Of a stretch of DNA of 64,000 nucleotides, positions 1 through 15,363 are shown piece after piece. The DNA comes from the human T2T-CHM13v2.0 reference genome, Homo sapiens, in assembly GCF_009914755.1 (NCBI RefSeq), contig NC_060928.1. One strand, given 5' to 3'. Numbering within the stretch: position 1 is the stretch's first letter; each line of letters starts with the position of its first letter. The notes beneath the pieces were generated by a model, which saw only the letters and a program-made list of their open reading frames with translations, did not search any database and was not told where the DNA came from. Both the position numbers and the translations under genes were made by a program.

Positions 1-105
1 AATGTAAAGCAGCACACGCATGCTGCATGGAACTATATTTTTGTAAATGCTTAAGTGTTCTACAAACATAACAAGATAGCCTAAAAGGAAATAAGTTGAA
101 TTTAA

Positions 106-447
<342 letters not shown>

Positions 448-994
448 ACAAAGCACAGTTTTCAAAAGCAGATGTCTCTTTAGAAGGACAACAACCCAAA
501 GGATGGGATCCCTGGGACATGGCCGGGGATGCGCTGTCAGAGCATTCGTTTGCCAGGTCACTTTGTCTCTGACTTGCACGTCATATTTGCACACCTCCCT
601 CAGCCAGAATGCATGCTCCTCTGTTCTCCAAGCACAGCAGTCCAGATGAATGCAAAGGAAGTGGCTTTTCTCATCTCCGCTGCACGTAGTGCCGGGCAGG
701 AATTGACAACAGGGGAGCAGGAAATTTTCCATTTGAATTAGAAGGCTAAGATGTCCCCTACCTTCTCTGGGACAATTGGTCCGTCTGGGCTGGCATTTGC
801 TGTGTGGAATGGAAAGGAGTTATGCTGGAGGAAGTGAATGAGCAACAACCTCATATCAGGGATATTTAAGGTCTGACAGCTGAGAAGCTCATCAGCAACA
901 ATCCTGGTGCAAATTGGGAGCTTCTGGAAACAGGGACCACCAATTCTCCTCTCCCAATTTTATTATGATTAGGTCCCAATCAAAAGATTATTTG

Positions 995-1319
<325 letters not shown>

Positions 1320-1329
1320 CTATTTGGGA

Positions 1330-2370
1330 ACAGCTTTATTGAGCTCTAATTCACATATCATACAATTCATCCATTTGAAGTGTTCGATTCCATGGCTTTT
1401 AGCATATCCCAGAGCTGTGCAATCATCACCACAACCAATTTTAAAACATCTCCGTCACCCCTCAAAGAAACCCAGACCCTTCAGCCCTCACTCCCTCATC
1501 CTCCTCCCATTACCCCCACATCTAGGCTACCATGAATCCACTTTCTGTTTCTATAGATTTTCCTGTTCTGGACATTGCATATAAATGGAATGGTACAATA
1601 TGTGGTCTTTGTACTTCTTTCACTTAGCGTAATGTCTTCAAAGTTCATCCAGGTTGCAGCCTGTAACACTACTCCATTCCTCGTTATGGCAAAATAATAT
1701 TGTGTTATACGAGGAGACCGCATTGTATTAATCCACTCATCAGTTGCTGATCATTTGGATTGTGTCCACTTTTTGGCTATTATTAAGAATGCTGCTATGA
1801 ACCTTTATGTACAAGTTTGTGGGTGGACGTATGTTTTCATTTCTCTTGGGTGTATGTCTAAGGGTGGAAGTTCTGGGTCATATCGGAGCTCTATGTTTAG
1901 CCTTTGGAGGAAACACTGAATTGTTTTCCAAAGTGACTGCACCACTTTGCATTCCCACCAGAGTGTATGCGGTTCCCATTTCTCCCATCCTCACTAATAC
2001 TTGTTATTATCTGTCTTCTTTATTCTAGCGGTCCTCGTCACTGTGCAGTCTCACGGCAGTTTTGATTTGCATTTCCCTGAGGATGCATGATGTTGAGGAC
2101 TTTTTCATATGCCTGTTGGCCATTTGTGCATCTTCTCTGGGGAAATATCTATTCAGATCCTTTGCCCATTTTTAAATTCGGTTGTCTTTTTATTATTGAG
2201 TTGGAATAATTATTTATACATATTTTAAATGCAACCTCTGTATCAGAGATGTGATTTGCAAACATTTTCTACCAGTTAGTTTCTTTTCACTGTTTTCATG
2301 GTGTCCTTTGAAGCACAAAAATTTTGGTTTTGATGATGTCCAACTTGTCTATTTTTTCTTTGATTGATTA
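1330..2370 (-). mobile_element. Old L1 (L1MB-type) 3' region
   Basis: Antisense L1 3'UTR/ORF2-end motifs (ttcacttagcgtaatgtcttcaaagttcatcc; tgcattcccacca; ttgatttgcatttccctga). Confidence 0.85.
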
Positions 2371-3065
2371 TACGCCAAAGACTCTTGCCAGGCTTGGCCC
2401 TATGGAAACATTCTGTGCGGGGTTTTGGAGGAAATTTAATTTAATATAAAATGTAATTTAACTTAAAACTCCTATATTGCTATCATATTATAAATCCAGT
2501 TCGGGATTTAGAAATGTATAAACTCTGTAAATATGCCACTTACAACTCATTAGACTTTTAACTTACAATGCTCCAATTCTTGGAGAGGAACATTTTGAAT
2601 AATGGAGAATACTTCTTTTCCCCACAGCAGCCGGGGGGCCTGACCCTCCATTATCACTTCTCTTAATAACTTCCCAGAGCCTCCACCAGTATCAAAAGAT
2701 GTCCCAAGTACCTCTCAGAATTTAATATACATATACATTTCTTCCCACAATTTCCACTTCTAGAAATTGATTCTGAAGACATTCTTACAAAGATCACTAT
2801 TCAAGGATGTTCACCGCAGAATTACTTTGTAAAAGGGAAAACATAAGCCTCATCTAAACCTCCATCCATAGAGGACTGAAGAAATTAAAATTGTAGTATG
2901 GAAGTCTCTGGAACAGTTTTAAAAGGTGATGGATCTTTAAGTGTTGGCTTCAATGAATATTCACAATATATTGTTTACTTAAAAAAATAGAGGTAAGGTA
3001 TGGAAAATATACACTATATATAGTTTTTTTTTTTGTAAAAAAACTAACTTGTTGGGCATTCACAG

Positions 3066-3356
3066 CTTTTTTTTTTTTTTTTTTTGAGATAGTCTCACTC
3101 TGTTGCCCAGTGCAGTGGCACAATGGGCTCACTGAAACCTCCGCCTCCCGGGTTCAAGTGATTCTCCTGCCTCAGCCTCCCAAGTAGCTGCGATTACAGG
3201 CATCCGCCACCACACCCGTATAATTTTTGTATTTTTCGGAGAGACACGGTTTCACCATGTTGGCCAGGCTGGCCTCGAACTCATGACCTCAAGTGATCTG
3301 CCCGCCTCAGCTTCCCAAAGTGCTGGGATTACAGGCATGAGCCACCGCGCCCGACC
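3066..3356 (-). mobile_element. Alu (AluS)
   Basis: Poly-T followed by antisense Alu dimer. Confidence 0.95.
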
Positions 3357-3599
3357 CGCATGTCGGTATTAATAGCAGATAACCAAAGTGTGCCAAGGAA
3401 ATATGGCTTTGTCTCTATTTTCATAATTGAGCCAGTCTTCTTCAGGGCCCCCCAAGGAACAGAACTTACATTATCTGGGTAACAGCTTTTCACTTTGCTC
3501 CAGTTTGAACAGTCTCTCTCAGTTTAAACCGGTCTCTATCCAGTAAGTACTCAGTCAATTCCAGCTTCAAGTCCCCAGGAGGGGTGTTCCTCCGCTCCC

Positions 3600-4300
3600 T
3601 TCCTCCTGCTGGGAGCAGGGGCGAGCTCCTGGTCCTCTGGACTCTGTGGGCCCCAGGCCAGGGTGGGTCCCTGTCCCCCTCCCGCGGCAGGGCAGGCGGT
3701 TCTGTCCCTGGGCGCGCTGCTGCTCTACCCTGAGGGAGATCAGCCGCTCCTGTCCCCAGGACCCCTTGGCCTCTGCACCTGGCACCTGGGTGTGGGGCTT
3801 CATGGCTGTTTTCTTGAGATGCTCAGGGCCTGGAAGTCCCCCTTGCCTCACAGGCCCCCTTCGCCTCTCACTGGTGCTGCCGCTGCACCGCCAGGTCTGG
3901 CTGCACCCGGAGGACGGAGAACCCCACGCGGCCCGGCCCCGGGGCCCACCCTGCTCTCGTGGCTACGCCCCGCTTCTCCCACGGCCACCACCCTCTTCCC
4001 CCGCCCCCCTCCCTGGTGGTGGCCTCGCACGTGGCTTTTATTCCTCTCTTCCTCCCCTGGGAGGGGCCGCGCGCAACCCTCACCCAGGCCCTGGGCTCCC
4101 TCCCTCCCTCCTGCAGGGCCGGCAGCGCAGCTGTGCTGCTTCCAGCCTTGTTTGTTTTAAGCTCTTGGCGCCCCTGGAGGGGTCCGTGCCAGTCGGCCCT
4201 GGTCCTGACTCTACCTAGCAGGGGACTTCTGCTTTGCGGGACACGGCTGACTACAGCCCCCTGACCCCCAGCCCACGTGTCCTGACGGCCCCCTCCTCTC
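3600..4300. promoter_or_regulatory. CpG/GC-rich island-like region
   Basis: High GC with many CpGs, GC boxes, CACGTG E-boxes near 4028 and 4274; not repeat-derived. Confidence 0.6.
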
Positions 4301-4409
4301 TCCCCTCCACACTCTCCCCACCACTGGAGCCACCCAGTCACCCCTCCAGCGTCTTGAGGATGGAGACATCTCCGGGCCATTGTTCCTCCTTGAATCACTA
4401 ACGCGGTAG

Positions 4410-4885
<476 letters not shown>

Positions 4886-5321
4886 ACAAACCCCATTTTC
4901 TATGTGAGAAATCAGACCCAGCTTCATTCTGTCCCCTCCTCCAGTTCTCCCACTGTGTCTGTGCCTCTCTCCAGGCAACATGTGGTTCCCCGGCCATGCT
5001 GAGTCCTGTGCTGCGCATTGGCAGGTGGACCAGACCGTGAGGGCAAGGTCTGGGACACAGCCTGTGAGTCCCCAGCCTCGGGCAGGGGCTGGCTGGGGAG
5101 GAGGAGGAATAGACCCATTTCGCTAGAGTGTATCCTCTGCAGAATTTGCATTTGTGAAGTGAGCATTTTATATTTTTATTTTTTTAAAACAGTTTTCACC
5201 TTAAATCACTATTCACTTTGCCCTCTTTCCACACACGTTGTTTGTTTTGCCAATCCCCAGGGTCCACTACACTGAAAAGTCCTTCAGCATCTGCAGTTGA
5301 GACAGGATGCCAAGCATAATA

Positions 5322-5660
5322 CTTTTTTTTTTTTTAGTTTGAGACAGTCTCACTCTGTCACCCAGGCTGGAGTGCAGTGACACAATCACAGCTCACTGCA
5401 GCCTCTCCTGGAAGCCCTCAAACTTCGGGCTCAAGCCATTCTCCCGCCTCAGCCTCCCAAGCAGCTGGGACTACAGGTATGCACCACCACGCCTAGCTAA
5501 TGTTTTCTTTTTTTTTTCTTTTCTTTTTCTTTTTTTTTTTTTTTGAGATGGAGTCTTGCTATGTTGCCCAGGCTGGTCTCAAACTCCTCACCTCAGACGA
5601 TCCTCCTGAGTAGGCCTTGCAAAGTGCGGGATTACAGGTGGGAGCCACTGCACCAGACCA
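5322..5660 (-). mobile_element. Alu (AluJ-like)
   Basis: Diverged antisense Alu with expanded middle T-tract. Confidence 0.9.
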
Positions 5661-5869
5661 CGCCATGTGCAATACTGAAATAACATCAGTCATGGCCATC
5701 GCAGAACTCATGCAGAGTACACACAACACGTGCGGGGACATGTGTGTTACCCGCCCAGGGCCCATCGCCCCTTGAGGCCTCCCTGAAAGATCTCCATCCC
5801 CACCCCAACCTCATTGTGATCCACACTCCCTGAATATGTGTCCCCGGGGAGGCCAACTAACCTCACCCC

Positions 5870-6280
5870 AGTCAGGCTGGGCCCATCTAGCCTGAGAGAA
5901 GCCTACTCCCCGCCTCCTGGTGATGGGTTCCAGAATGGACTGGGACCCAGTTCTGTCCAACAGGAAATGAGAACGCCCAGGGCTTCAAGGAAATGTCTCA
6001 TCAGGTCTAGAAGGATCCCTGAGAAGAGATGGCCCCTTTCTTGGCCTGGATGTGATACACAGAACTGCCCCAGCCATCCTGCTTCCAAGGAGGAGGTCAG
6101 CCCTGGTGACGGCAGAGTGGAGAGGTGGAGAGAAGTGGGTTCCTGACGAAACTGCACCCCATGGAGCCAGCCACCCTGAAGGCTGCCCGGCCTCCTGGCC
6201 TCCTGCTCTGGGAACGTAGATTTGCTGATTTCACAAGCCCCCTTGCATCAGCATTTCCAGTACAGGCAGTTCAAAATGTC
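5870..6280 (+). mobile_element. Old MaLR LTR fragment (MLT1-type)
   Basis: Diverged MLT1-like motifs (gacccagttctgtccaa; ggatgtgata...agccatcctg). Confidence 0.45.
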
Positions 6281-7262
6281 CTCCTTGATATTCATGGGCA
6301 GGGCCCACTTTCTTGGAATTTACTTCCAGCAATAATGATATGCAAGTGAAGTTTTATGCATTAAGAAATTTCTTAATGACTTTTACAATTTTTTTACAGG
6401 TTAGGAAGTGAGCATTTCAAACCATCTGGATTCACACCTGAGACCTGAGAGAAAAACTGTAATATGTGTTTGATTCACTGGGGACACAGAGGGTGGGAGT
6501 GCCAGGTCCTGCTGTCACCTCCAGGGCAGAGGCCATTGTGTCTCAGCATGTCTGTCCCTCGTGCAGGACCCAGTGTCACCGCACACAGCTGTGCAGCTCT
6601 GATTTCAGTCTCTCTGAGCCTCCGCTCACAGTAAATGGCGACAGATCTCTTGGGGGGTTGTTGTGGGATTAGATGAAAGAAGGCATGGAAGGCTCTGTCA
6701 CACATAAGGTGTTAAACAGTGGTAGTCTATTGTGTGTTAGCTGGGTAGCTAACACATTTGGTTTAATTCATGCTGTAATTGATCCTCACTGTGAAAAAGA
6801 ATTATCATGTGGACTCTAAGCAGCTCAGACATCATGAATCAACTGGGCTCAACAGAACGTCCCAACAGAATGGTGTGCAGAGGAGTTTGCAAACCAGCAG
6901 TCCACCCGTGGTGCTGGCCCTCAGACGTGCCTTGTTTGCTTTGTCCAGTTTTTTCTTTAATAATCGAGCCAACATTTAAAATTGTGGAGAATTCACATTA
7001 AAACAAATAAAACAACAGCAACAACAAAAGCCAGATGAGCAGATTTCTGGCTCCTGTGAAGATTCCGAGGTGTTATGATAGCAGGGGCCACCTGCCTGGT
7101 GGCTGCCACCCATAGCAGGGGAGGAGTCCAGTCCCGCTGCCTGCTGCTGCTGTGTGGAAACTCCTTCCCACAGTGCCCGCCACTGCACCTTGACTGACAT
7201 CAAACCCTTAAACTGCATCTACTGAGCCCTTTATTTCAACTAGATGCGTTCACACTTCATAG

Positions 7263-7573
<311 letters not shown>

Positions 7574-7599
7574 CTTAGTTCTTTAAAAATAATGGCTTA

Positions 7600-7775
7600 A
7601 AGCTGGGTGTGATGGTGGACACCTGTAATCCCAGCTACTCCGAGGCTGAGGTAGGAGAACCACTTGAACCCAGTAGGTAAAGGTTGCAGTGAGCCGAGGT
7701 AGCGCCACTGCACTCCAGCCTAGGCAATGGAGTAAGACTCCATCTCAAAAATAAAATAAAGTAAATAATAATAAA
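7600..7775 (+). mobile_element. Alu right monomer/FRAM
   Basis: Right-arm sequence with (TAAAA)n tail. Confidence 0.85.
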
Positions 7776-7852
7776 TAATGACTTATTGTTCCTGTTTTAT
7801 ATGATCAATATCTTCCTTTTCTATTAAAATAAATGATATATATACACACACA

Positions 7853-8156
7853 CTTTTTTTTTTTTTTTTTTTTGGGACAGAACCTTGCTCTGTCATCCAG
7901 GCTGGAGTGCAGTGGCACCACCTCGGCTAACTGCAAGCTCCGCCTCCCAGGTTCAAGCCCTTCTCCTGCCTCAGCCCCCCCGAGTAGCTGGGACTACAGG
8001 CACCCGCCACCACGCCTGGCTAATTTTTTTGTATTTTTAGTAGAGACGGGGTTTCACCATGTAAGCCAGGATAGTCTCGATCTCCTGACCTTGTGATCCG
8101 CCCACCTCGGCATCCCAAAGTGCTGGGATTACACGCATGAGCCACTGCGCCCAGCC
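7853..8156 (-). mobile_element. Alu (AluY-like)
   Basis: Antisense Alu with AluY diagnostics (ctgcaagctccgcc, gatctcctgacc). Confidence 0.92.
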
Positions 8157-8462
8157 CTAAATAATAAATATTTTAAAGTCCTAGTCAGCCTGTTCCAATA
8201 ATTCTGCTTTAGATGGTATATGTTGTTCCACTTTTTGGCTTTTCTTTTATGATGATGTACCGCAGGGTGCCTAGTTACTTTGGTCTCTAAGCTCATGTTT
8301 CCCGGGGGCACTGGCCACTCTGTCAGGGAGTGCCCATTTGGGCTGAAGGCCAGATCCTAGTGGAGGTGCCTCTTGGGAAGCTAAGGAGCAGGGAGGGATG
8401 AGCTACAGGGCGGGGAGACACGGGGACCGTAGAGCTCCTGACTGACCACCCCTGTCTGCTGC

Positions 8463-9011
8463 TGTGATGGTTAATTTTATACGTCAACTTGGCTGTGCTG
8501 AGGGATACCCAGACAGCTGGTGAAACATTATTTCTGGGCGTGTCTGTGAGGGTGTCTCCAGCAGAGACTGGCATTTGCCTCGGTGGACTGAGTAAAGAAG
8601 ACCTCCCTCTCCAATGTGGATGAGCATCATGCCATCTCCTGAGGGCCCGAATAGAATACAAAAGCAGAAGAAGGCTGAATTCTCCCTTTCTCTCTCTTTC
8701 CCCTTGAACTGAGACATCCATCTTCTTCTGTCCTTGGACATCAGAGCTCCCGGTTCTAGGGCCTTTGGACTCTGGGGCTTGTATTAGAGCCCTTCCTCCA
8801 ACCCCAGCCCCCAGGCCCCAGGGGTTGGGGTTCTCAGGGCTTCAGCCTCAGACTGAATTGCATCACCAGCATTCCTGGATCTTGAGCCGGCAGAGAGCAG
8901 ATCATGGCACTTCTCAGCCTCCTTCTCATAACCCATGAGCCAAACAGTAGATCGCCTCTTCTCTATGCACAGAGAGCCTGGGGTTCTGTTTCTCCAGAGG
9001 ACCCTAATACA
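8463..9011 (+). mobile_element. Solo LTR, MLT2 family (ERVL)
   Basis: Starts TGTGATGGTTAATTTTAT and ends CCCTAATACA; 5-bp TSD GCTGC at 8458-8462 and 9012-9016. Confidence 0.9.
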
Positions 9012-9923
9012 GCTGCCATTCCACCAGACAGCGCCTTTCCTCTTGTCTAGCTTTTAGGCTCTTGGAAATAAGTGACAGGGAGGAGACAGTCTCCCCATGG
9101 AGCTGAAGAGGGTGCAGGAGTGGTACAACACCCAGCACAGTGGTGGAGCCCATCTGCTTTCCTCCACCTCCGTCCCTTTCCTCTCCTGACCCTGTCCTGC
9201 CCCAATATCGGTGTCCCAGACACTGGCCCCAATGGCCTGGACTGCTGCTGCAGATTTCTGTGGTGGATGGGGACAAGCAATAATTATTCCACAGCGCCTT
9301 GAGAAATGGGAAAAAACAGAACGTGCTATTTTTGTTAGTTCCTCTAATCCACACTTCTCTGCGGGGTCGGTCTGGAGGTAGAGGGCCAGAAACCTATGGG
9401 AGTCCACGGTCTTGCTGGACGCCTGCGCCCATTTTCTTATGGCAGGAAACCACCTCTTTGCACCAGAGGCGGACTTGGTGATGCTAATGTAAGTGCGCTC
9501 CAGGGCCCTGCACCCGCAGGAGTCCGTTCCAGATCCTGGGAGGGGCCTAGTAATTTGGTCACAAATTGGTCATGTTTTTCTTAAAATTTGCGAGTAGGAT
9601 ACTTTGCAATCAGTCAAGGCTACTCTCTCTTCCCTCCCTGTCTTTCCCCTCACCCTCCTTCCCCTCATGGGGGCCAGCGTTGGAGCATCTGCTTTTGGGG
9701 GATTTGACTCAGGAGAAATCGAATGGGGCTACATTTAATTGAGGTTAGGGGCAACGTCTCTGTGGTTGACAGTTATTCCCATGCATCAGGTTGCTGGTCA
9801 CCCTCCCACTCCCTACCTTGCTGATGTGCCCGGCATCACAGCCTGCCTGACGACGCTGGCTGTGGCACAATGGCAAGGTGAATGTGGCCATGGGGGCTGG
9901 CCCCAGAACTCCAAAAGCAGTGT

Positions 9924-10544
9924 TGTCAGAGGCAATCGAACCACAGTGACTCCATCTTGAATAGGCAGTGGGTAAAATGAGGCTGAGACCTCCTGCATTC
10001 CCAGGAGGTTAGGCATTCTTAGTCACAGATGAGATAAGAGGTTGGCACAAGATATAGGTCACAAAGACCTTGCTGATGAAACAGCACGTGTTAAAGAAGC
10101 TGGTCAGAACCCACCAAACCAAGATGGTGACAACAGTGACCTCTGGTTGTCCTCACTGCCATTATATGCTGATTATAATGCATTGGCATGCTGACTCACA
10201 TTTCCACCAGCGTCAGGACAGTTTAGAGATGCCGTGGCAACGTGAGGAAGTTGCCCTATATGGTCTAAGGGGGAGGGACCCTCAATTCCGGGAATAGCCC
10301 ATCCTTTTCCCAGAAAATTCATGAATAATCAACCCCTTATCTGGCATATAATCAAGAAATAACTATAAGTGTAATCAGTGGGCAGCCAAGCCGCTGCCCT
10401 GTCCGTGGAGTAGCCATTCTTATTCCTTTACTTTCTTAATAAACTTGCTTTCACTTTACTCTGTGGATGCACCTAGAATTCTTTCTTGTGCGAAGTGCAA
10501 GAACCTTCTCTTGGGGTCTGGATCGGGACCCCTTTCTGGTTACA
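9924..10544 (+). mobile_element. Solo LTR, MER41 (MER41B-like, ERV1)
   Basis: TGTCAGAGGC...CTCCATCTTGAATAGG start, AATAAA near 10438, CTGGTTACA end; 4-bp TSD GTGT/GAGT; tandem GAS motifs. Confidence 0.9.
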
Positions 10545-11087
10545 GAGTGACAGACACAAGGTTTGAAGTGTGCAGAACCAGATGCTGGCCTGTGGAAAAT
10601 CTTCCAACCTCAGATACATAAAACTGTAAGCAGTAGATTCTGTTCTCATTAACACCTCGTCGAGATGGAAGGTCTCGCCCGTTTCATATATCCTTCAGAA
10701 TGCATAGTACATCATAGTAAATGGAACATATTTCTTTTTTATGGAAATGGTGTGAAATAGAACTTACCAAAATTCCCGTGTTTGAGGGCACAAATCTCTA
10801 GCAGTACTTCAAATGGAAAGTACATCCGTGCGCGAAGTTGCATGCTTTATGCATCAGAAGTCTCGGATCGGGCCTTAGTGTAGCTGATGCATCTGTTGTC
10901 CAGATGAAGTCTGGCAGATCCAGATAGAACAGCATGCAAAATTATCCCAACACAGTGAAATAACCCAGAGAAACAAGTATTTCCAGGAACAAAACTACAC
11001 ATATTCATCAGTGAGTCAGTGTATTTCACCCAAGGATTTCCCGCCTGTGCGGCTCAGCACAAGCCTGAACAGTTTAAATGCACTTGA

Positions 11088-11476
<389 letters not shown>

Positions 11477-11899
11477 TGTGGCTGCCATTTCTAAACCACC
11501 CCTTCCTTGAGCACAGATCCTCTCCCCTCCAGCAATCCTCCCCCTTCTCTCAGGCATCCTCCACTCTCCGCTCTGTTCTGGCTCTCACCCATCAGCATGG
11601 GCTAAGGGTCCTCCCCGAAACAACACACCCTCTCTTGGCGCCACGTCTTGTTCCAGCCACTACCCTATCTTTCTCCCTCTCTTCACAGCAACTCCTAAAA
11701 CAACTTTTCTGTATTTGCAATTCCCAATTTCTCTTCTCCATTTCCCTCAGGAACTTGTGCCCATCAGGCTTGTGTCCCATGGGTCCCCTGAAACGGGTCA
11801 TTTCAGCCCTCTCCTTAGTTAACCCAGTGGCAGCACTCCAAGCCACTTTCTTCACTTACATTCCAGCCCAGAGCGTTTCTTAGGCAGCTGCATCTCAGT

Positions 11900-12085
11900 C
11901 TCTGTTCCGGAGTGAACGGTGTCGCCTCAGAAAGCTCTGTTAAAGTCCGTCATGCCACTTCCTCGGATGGTGACCTTATTTGGAAATAAGGTCATTGCAG
12001 ATGGAATCAGTTACAATGAGCGCACGCTGGAGCACATGAGTGTGTCCTTATGGGAAGACAGCCCTGTGCAGACTCAGAGAGAAGA
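11900..12085 (+). mobile_element. MLT1 LTR fragment
   Basis: gtgaccttatttggaaataaggtcattgcagatg, a typical MLT1 motif. Confidence 0.65.
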
Positions 12086-12439
12086 CAAAGGGAGCTGGGG
12101 TCCCTCTCCTAAGAAGCTTAGCAATTCTCCATGCTGATTCCTATGGATTTGGAGGTGACACTTCCAGTATCACCACCGGGATGGATTTCCTATTTATCTC
12201 GCACGGTTCAGCAGGGTTTTGCATGCTTGTCGTTTCGACAAAGAAGACAGAAAGAGCAGAGATGGCCATTCAACCTCAGCCTGATGGGGGAGAGGTAACG
12301 CAGATGAGGAGGCAAGCCAGAGTATGAGAGACAAGAGGGAGGGGAGACTTGACGGTGTGTTTCAGTCATGGATCTAGTCCATTCTACAGGTAGCACCAGT
12401 CTGGCCCTGCCCAGTTATGTGTCAATTCATGTCCTTTGT

Positions 12440-12812
12440 TTTTCTTTTTGTAGAGACGAGGTCGGGCTATGTTGCCCGGGTGGGTCTCAAACTCCTGAGC
12501 TCAAGTGATTCTCCCGCCTCAGCCTCCCAAAGTGCTGGGATTACAGGCATCAGCTCCTACACCCAGCCATTGCCTGTTTTTTTTTTATTACAGTAATTCA
12601 TGCTAAGTCTCTGTAACTTGCGCTTGAAAGAGCTCACTGCAACCTCTGCTTCCCGGATTCAAGCAATTCTCCTGCCTCAGCCTCCTGAGTAGCTGGGATT
12701 ACAGGCATACGCCATCACACCTGGCTAATTTTTGTATTTTTAGTAGAGATGAGGTTTCACCATGTTGGTTAGGCTGGTCTTGAACTCGTGACCTCAAGTG
12801 ATCTGCTCACTT
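12440..12812 (-). mobile_element. FLAM/Alu left monomer (12440-12568) plus truncated Alu (12631-12812)
   Basis: Two antisense Alu fragments. Confidence 0.85.
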
Positions 12813-13267
12813 GGGTTTTAGGAGAAGGGTAAAATATGGACAAGGAGGCCAGTCATAGGATTGTGAGTAAAAGCAGCGCTCCTGGGTAGCTGGGCAGATG
12901 GAAGCACACTGCCTGTCCCCTCCCGTCACCTCTGCTGTTTAGGGAGTTCTCCAGGGGTCAAAAGTCAGGGTGCCACAGAAATGTGGGAAGTACACAGAGA
13001 GGAAATGAGAGAAAGAAACTGAGATTCAGAAATTTAAAAGAGAAAACTCGTTGAACAGGTAAATTTGCGGAACTGAAATGCATTTCAGGACGTGCATTCC
13101 CAAAACAGCTACCTTTTTTTTAATGAAAAAGGGCTCTCTAGAGTGATAGGCACGTATCAATTTGCTGTTTCCAACCCTACCAGGTGACCAGAGGGCTGAC
13201 AAGGATGGATAATGAATAAAGACAAGGCGTACTCATGTCCTAAATCTGCTGTAAGAAGTCTGCTGTG

Positions 13268-13960
<693 letters not shown>

Positions 13961-14145
13961 AAGTACTTGCAGCCAGTGAGGTACATGGCATTTCTGCTCA
14001 GGCAGACGACGATTTCTAGCTTTTTTTCTCTTTCTATTTATACATGGTGGTGGAAAAATAAGCATTTAAAGACTGAAATAACTTCTAAATGCCTTCCTCT
14101 TCTAATGGGTATTGAAATAAGTGTATCCATTAAGAGACGGTTTTT

Positions 14146-14775
<630 letters not shown>

Positions 14776-15303
14776 TCACACAGCCACACATATAAAGCAC
14801 ACCTTGGGAGAGGAGGATCCCTGCTGGTGCGTGTGGACCACTGCAGGCTGCCATGTCGATAAAACAGATCACAGGAGATTGCAAGTTCCCGCCACAGCTC
14901 GATACCCCACCCTCTTTCCTATGGCTCAGACACTCCAGCTTTAGGAGCCCTCATGTTTGTTTCTGTTTCTTTAGTTCATGAGGTGCCCCAGCTTCCCCAG
15001 TTTCCAAAGCCACGCAGGTGTATGAAAATCTTCCCCCGATCTTCTTGCAGGTTATAGTTAGAATATTACCTCAGCAATCCCCAAGGTGGAAGAAATGAGA
15101 AGCAGAAACATTTCATTAGTCTAGAACGCCTACACGAAGACTATGTGCCTGCAGATATGTTGACAAGTTTTGAAGGAACGCCAAAGGGAGTAGAAGATCC
15201 GGTCTTGCTTAGAAGAAATTATTTAAGGAGTAGAATTTCTTTGAGACCACGAGTGAGCAGGTTAGGGCAGTGCCAGGAACCCTTAGGGACTCCCATCAAC
15301 CCC

Positions 15304-15363
15304 AGCATCAGAACCTTCTTCCTAGGATGCAGAAGCATCAGAACCTTCTTCCTAGGATGCAGA
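15304..15363. repeat. Perfect 30-bp tandem duplication
   Basis: AGCATCAGAACCTTCTTCCTAGGATGCAGA x2. Confidence 0.97.

Noticed and set aside
4166-4181. CTCF-like motif GGCGCCCCTGGAGG
   Set aside because: One G short of the core spacing on the minus strand
3646-4398. Long overlapping ORFs (190, 176 and 165 aa)
   Set aside because: GC-rich stop-poor sequence open in several frames on both strands, with Pro/Gly/Arg bias and no recognisable domain
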